Assembly (NCBI GenBank): GCA_012295275.1
Contig: CM022669.1
Coordinates: 4,030,001-4,094,000, forward strand
Origin: Chrysomallon squamiferum
Lineage: Eukaryota; Animalia; Mollusca
DNA: 64,000 nt
Reading direction: 5' to 3'
In this document: piece after piece, positions 54,580-64,000 of the stretch
Layout of the letters: every line of letters begins with the position of its first letter
Numbering within the stretch: position 1 is the stretch's first letter
Made by a program: the position numbers and the translations under genes
The notes under the pieces: generated by a model
Told to the model about the DNA's origin: nothing
What the model saw: only the letters and a program-made list of their open reading frames with translations
Database searches by the model: none

Positions 54580-55337
54580 AAATAATTATTAGTGCTTATT
54601 ACTTTATCATGATACTTCATCATCTACTGTGATATAATACACATGTGATACACGGAAACAGCAATAAATGATATCACATTTTAATGGTGCTTGTTGTTAG
54701 TAACCTGTGAAATAAACAGTCAAATTAGTATACTGACAAATCTCTCATTTGTATTTGTTTCTATCGTTTTCTAAACGTTTTCCTCTTCTTTTTTTATTTT
54801 TATAAATGCCTCCAGTATTTATCTGTTTTGATCTTTTATTATTTTTGTTATTATTATAATTTCTAGCTAGCAGTAATAATAGTATTAGTAGTATTAAATA
54901 TATGCTAAATGATAGAGCAACACACACAAAAAAAAAACACGAAGACCCAGTCTTATCAGTCAATTTGCATTGATTGTGATTTCGCTGAACAAGTTTCTTT
55001 TGTTAATTTATTTATTGTTGTTGTTTTTTTCTCCAGTAAAATTATTAAAACAGTTACATTATATCAAACTGTGACTTACCGTAATAGTTCTCATTTTTAA
55101 CTAAAATATCATTCCATATACACGACTTCGCAACATTGTTATAATTAATCAGTATTTATAAATAGACGGCGTTGTTAGGGGACTGCCGTCTAAAAATAAC
55201 TCGGTAAAAATAACTCGTTTTTCATTGGTTAGTAATAATAGGCACAAAAGGTGTTCTCTATTTAAACATAACTATTACACTGACATAAAAACGATTTGTA
55301 CTAAAAACCTAGAACCGTTTTCCAAATTGTTTTCACT

Positions 55338-61762
<6,425 letters not shown>

Positions 61763-62075
61763 ACTGAAAGTGAAAGTGATATGAGCCGTGTACATTTGAT
61801 TAAAGTGTTAGAGATCTGGTTTAACGGCTCACACCAAAATGAAGCTCTTCATCCAAAATGACAGTTTAAATCTCAGTAACAAAATATTTACTGTACATTT
61901 GAAAAGATTAATTATAAAATATTAAAATTTTGCATGTTATTAATTATAATATTATATACTAACTTTGCAGAACGTTTATATATATATACGATTGTGTTTT
62001 GTATGTACAAAATTTGTTATTATATGTTGTATATATGTTGAATTAAATGTATATTATGTTGTCGGTTCTCAGTGC

Positions 62076-62127
<52 letters not shown>

Positions 62128-62303
62128 ATAAAATAATATGTAATAAAATTATGAAAATGTCTTTTTCAATCTTTTTTTTGTTCTTTTTTTCTCGAGATCA
62201 ATGATATTTGACGAATCTAAATCTACTAATGCTATTACTACTGCTACTGCTACTACTACTACTTATATTGCCTCTGCTGCTACTACTACGACTACTAGGA
62301 CTA

Positions 62304-62343
<40 letters not shown>

Positions 62344-62616
62344 TAAGAGATAAATGATACAAGCACAAAACAGAAAGATGAAGCATACATACAGGCGGAT
62401 CTCTTAACTTAATAATTTTAATATTATTTAATTTTGTGTTACTGGTATTTAAATTTTAAAATCATTAACTGATTAGTACTGTTGATATATAAAACAATAA
62501 AAATAAAAATAAAATATTTTCCACACACTGTGATTTAAGTTGTAATAACAAAAACATCTTAGATTATTTTTAACTGAAATTTTCATTCATATCATTGTTT
62601 ACTTCCTGCTACATTC

Positions 62617-62855
62617 TTTGCATAAATGACGTCACAATTGTTTGACGTAAAACAGTAAGGATTTCTTTACGTTTCTGAATTACCAAGATGGAGTGAAATA
62701 TATTAAAAGATTAAACAAATATGTTCATGGATCTAAAAACGTTGATTCTACTTAATGGTAAGTACTGTTATAACGTATATGTTTTAAACTTTTACTTAGC
62801 TACAACGAAATTTAGAAAATAATCAAAATTTGTTTCTAAAACGAAGAAGAACACT
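62617..62855 (+). repeat. Dispersed repeat copy 2 (see 46062-46286)
   Basis: Colinear similarity to the reverse complement of 46062-46286. Confidence 0.8.
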
Positions 62856-63352
62856 CACTTGAATGAATATAATACTACGGATCAGTTTATAAAACAATAT
62901 AAGCATAGTGTACGTATGTGTATGTATGTGTATGTATATGTCTGTATGTGTATGTATGTATGTGTCTGTATGTGTTTCAATGTGTTTATTTGTCAGTCTT
63001 TCTGGATGAAGTATGGTTCAAGTACTATACACTAATATACTTTATCGTTGAAATTTAATTTACCCTGTCTACACGTATTTATGAATGTATTATTTTTTAT
63101 GGTTGTATATATATGTAGGCGTTCGTCAAATAATGCATCTTACAGCTTCTGTAATAATGATCGAAAATAACCAACGAGTCGATTACGAAGCTACAATATC
63201 ATTTGTAGTTCGCTAAAATTAAATATATCATTTTATGATACATTTAGCATTTCTTAGATGTTTTCTTTCTTAATAACCCCTAAAATATGTATGTGGAGGT
63301 GTGTATGTGTGTTTGTCTATGTGTGTGAGGGTGTGTTTGTCTGTGTGTGTGT

Positions 63353-63396
<44 letters not shown>

Positions 63397-63968
63397 TCTG
63401 CATGCAGGTTCTATACTTGTGTTTGTGTGTACGTGTGAATTTGTATTTGAGTAATCACACCACACGTGAACACAGAAAAAAAAAAGAGATAAATTTAATA
63501 ATTACGTTTTTTAGTTATAGTACATATCTGAGATGTACAGAAAAAGATATCGTTGTTTGGTTTCTTTCATTTTTGTTCCTACAAACACGAATACCTTTAG
63601 CCCCTGGTACATTGTTATCTCAAGCGAAATAATCAACTGTTTGAAAATAATTCTGATTAGTGAAGCGATTTTCTGGGAAGTTGTTAAACAGCCCTTGACT
63701 ACAGTCAGAGTATCTCATTGATAACAGTACAGGTTCCTAAATAACTAGAAATCGTGACAAAGCGGATTCGTTGAGCATCAACTTGACACAGTTTTGTATT
63801 GTCGCCTGGCTGACATATTAATGCATCATGTCTTATTGAACACTTAGTAACAGGTGTCCGCATCCTGTTAATTTACTGTTCACAAAGCTAGTCGGGAATG
63901 AGAGCGTGTTTTATGTGGAATCCATACATCTGCAGATCGAACTGTACGATGTAAGTCTGGAGAGACAG

Positions 63969-64000
<32 letters not shown>

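Overview
AT-rich, microsatellite-dense, intron-containing animal DNA, probably mollusc/gastropod (inference), in two contigs joined by a 200-N gap (19077-19276). The main feature is an apparently complete gene of 28 coding exons (22870-37684, +) encoding about 2100 aa: signal peptide, an uncharacterised globular domain, about 1668 aa of Pro-poor, Thr-rich Gly-X-Y collagen, three EGF-like modules, one transmembrane helix and a short basic tail. This is a giant collagen with type I membrane topology, and it uses three GC-AG introns. Just upstream is the 3' end of a probable paralog (truncated cbEGF-TM-tail). Left of the gap are a near-identical partial copy of the collagen gene (1-3976) that breaks off abruptly into the 3' half of a nicotinic acetylcholine receptor gene, and the 3' part of CTC1 (minus strand). 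To the right are an internally deleted Tigger/pogo DNA transposon, a 3-exon orphan gene, several minisatellites and an 11-exon gene encoding Ubl-Ubl-vWA(MIDAS)-polybasic-CaaX. All gene models were spliced by hand, and homology calls come from remembered motifs, not database searches.
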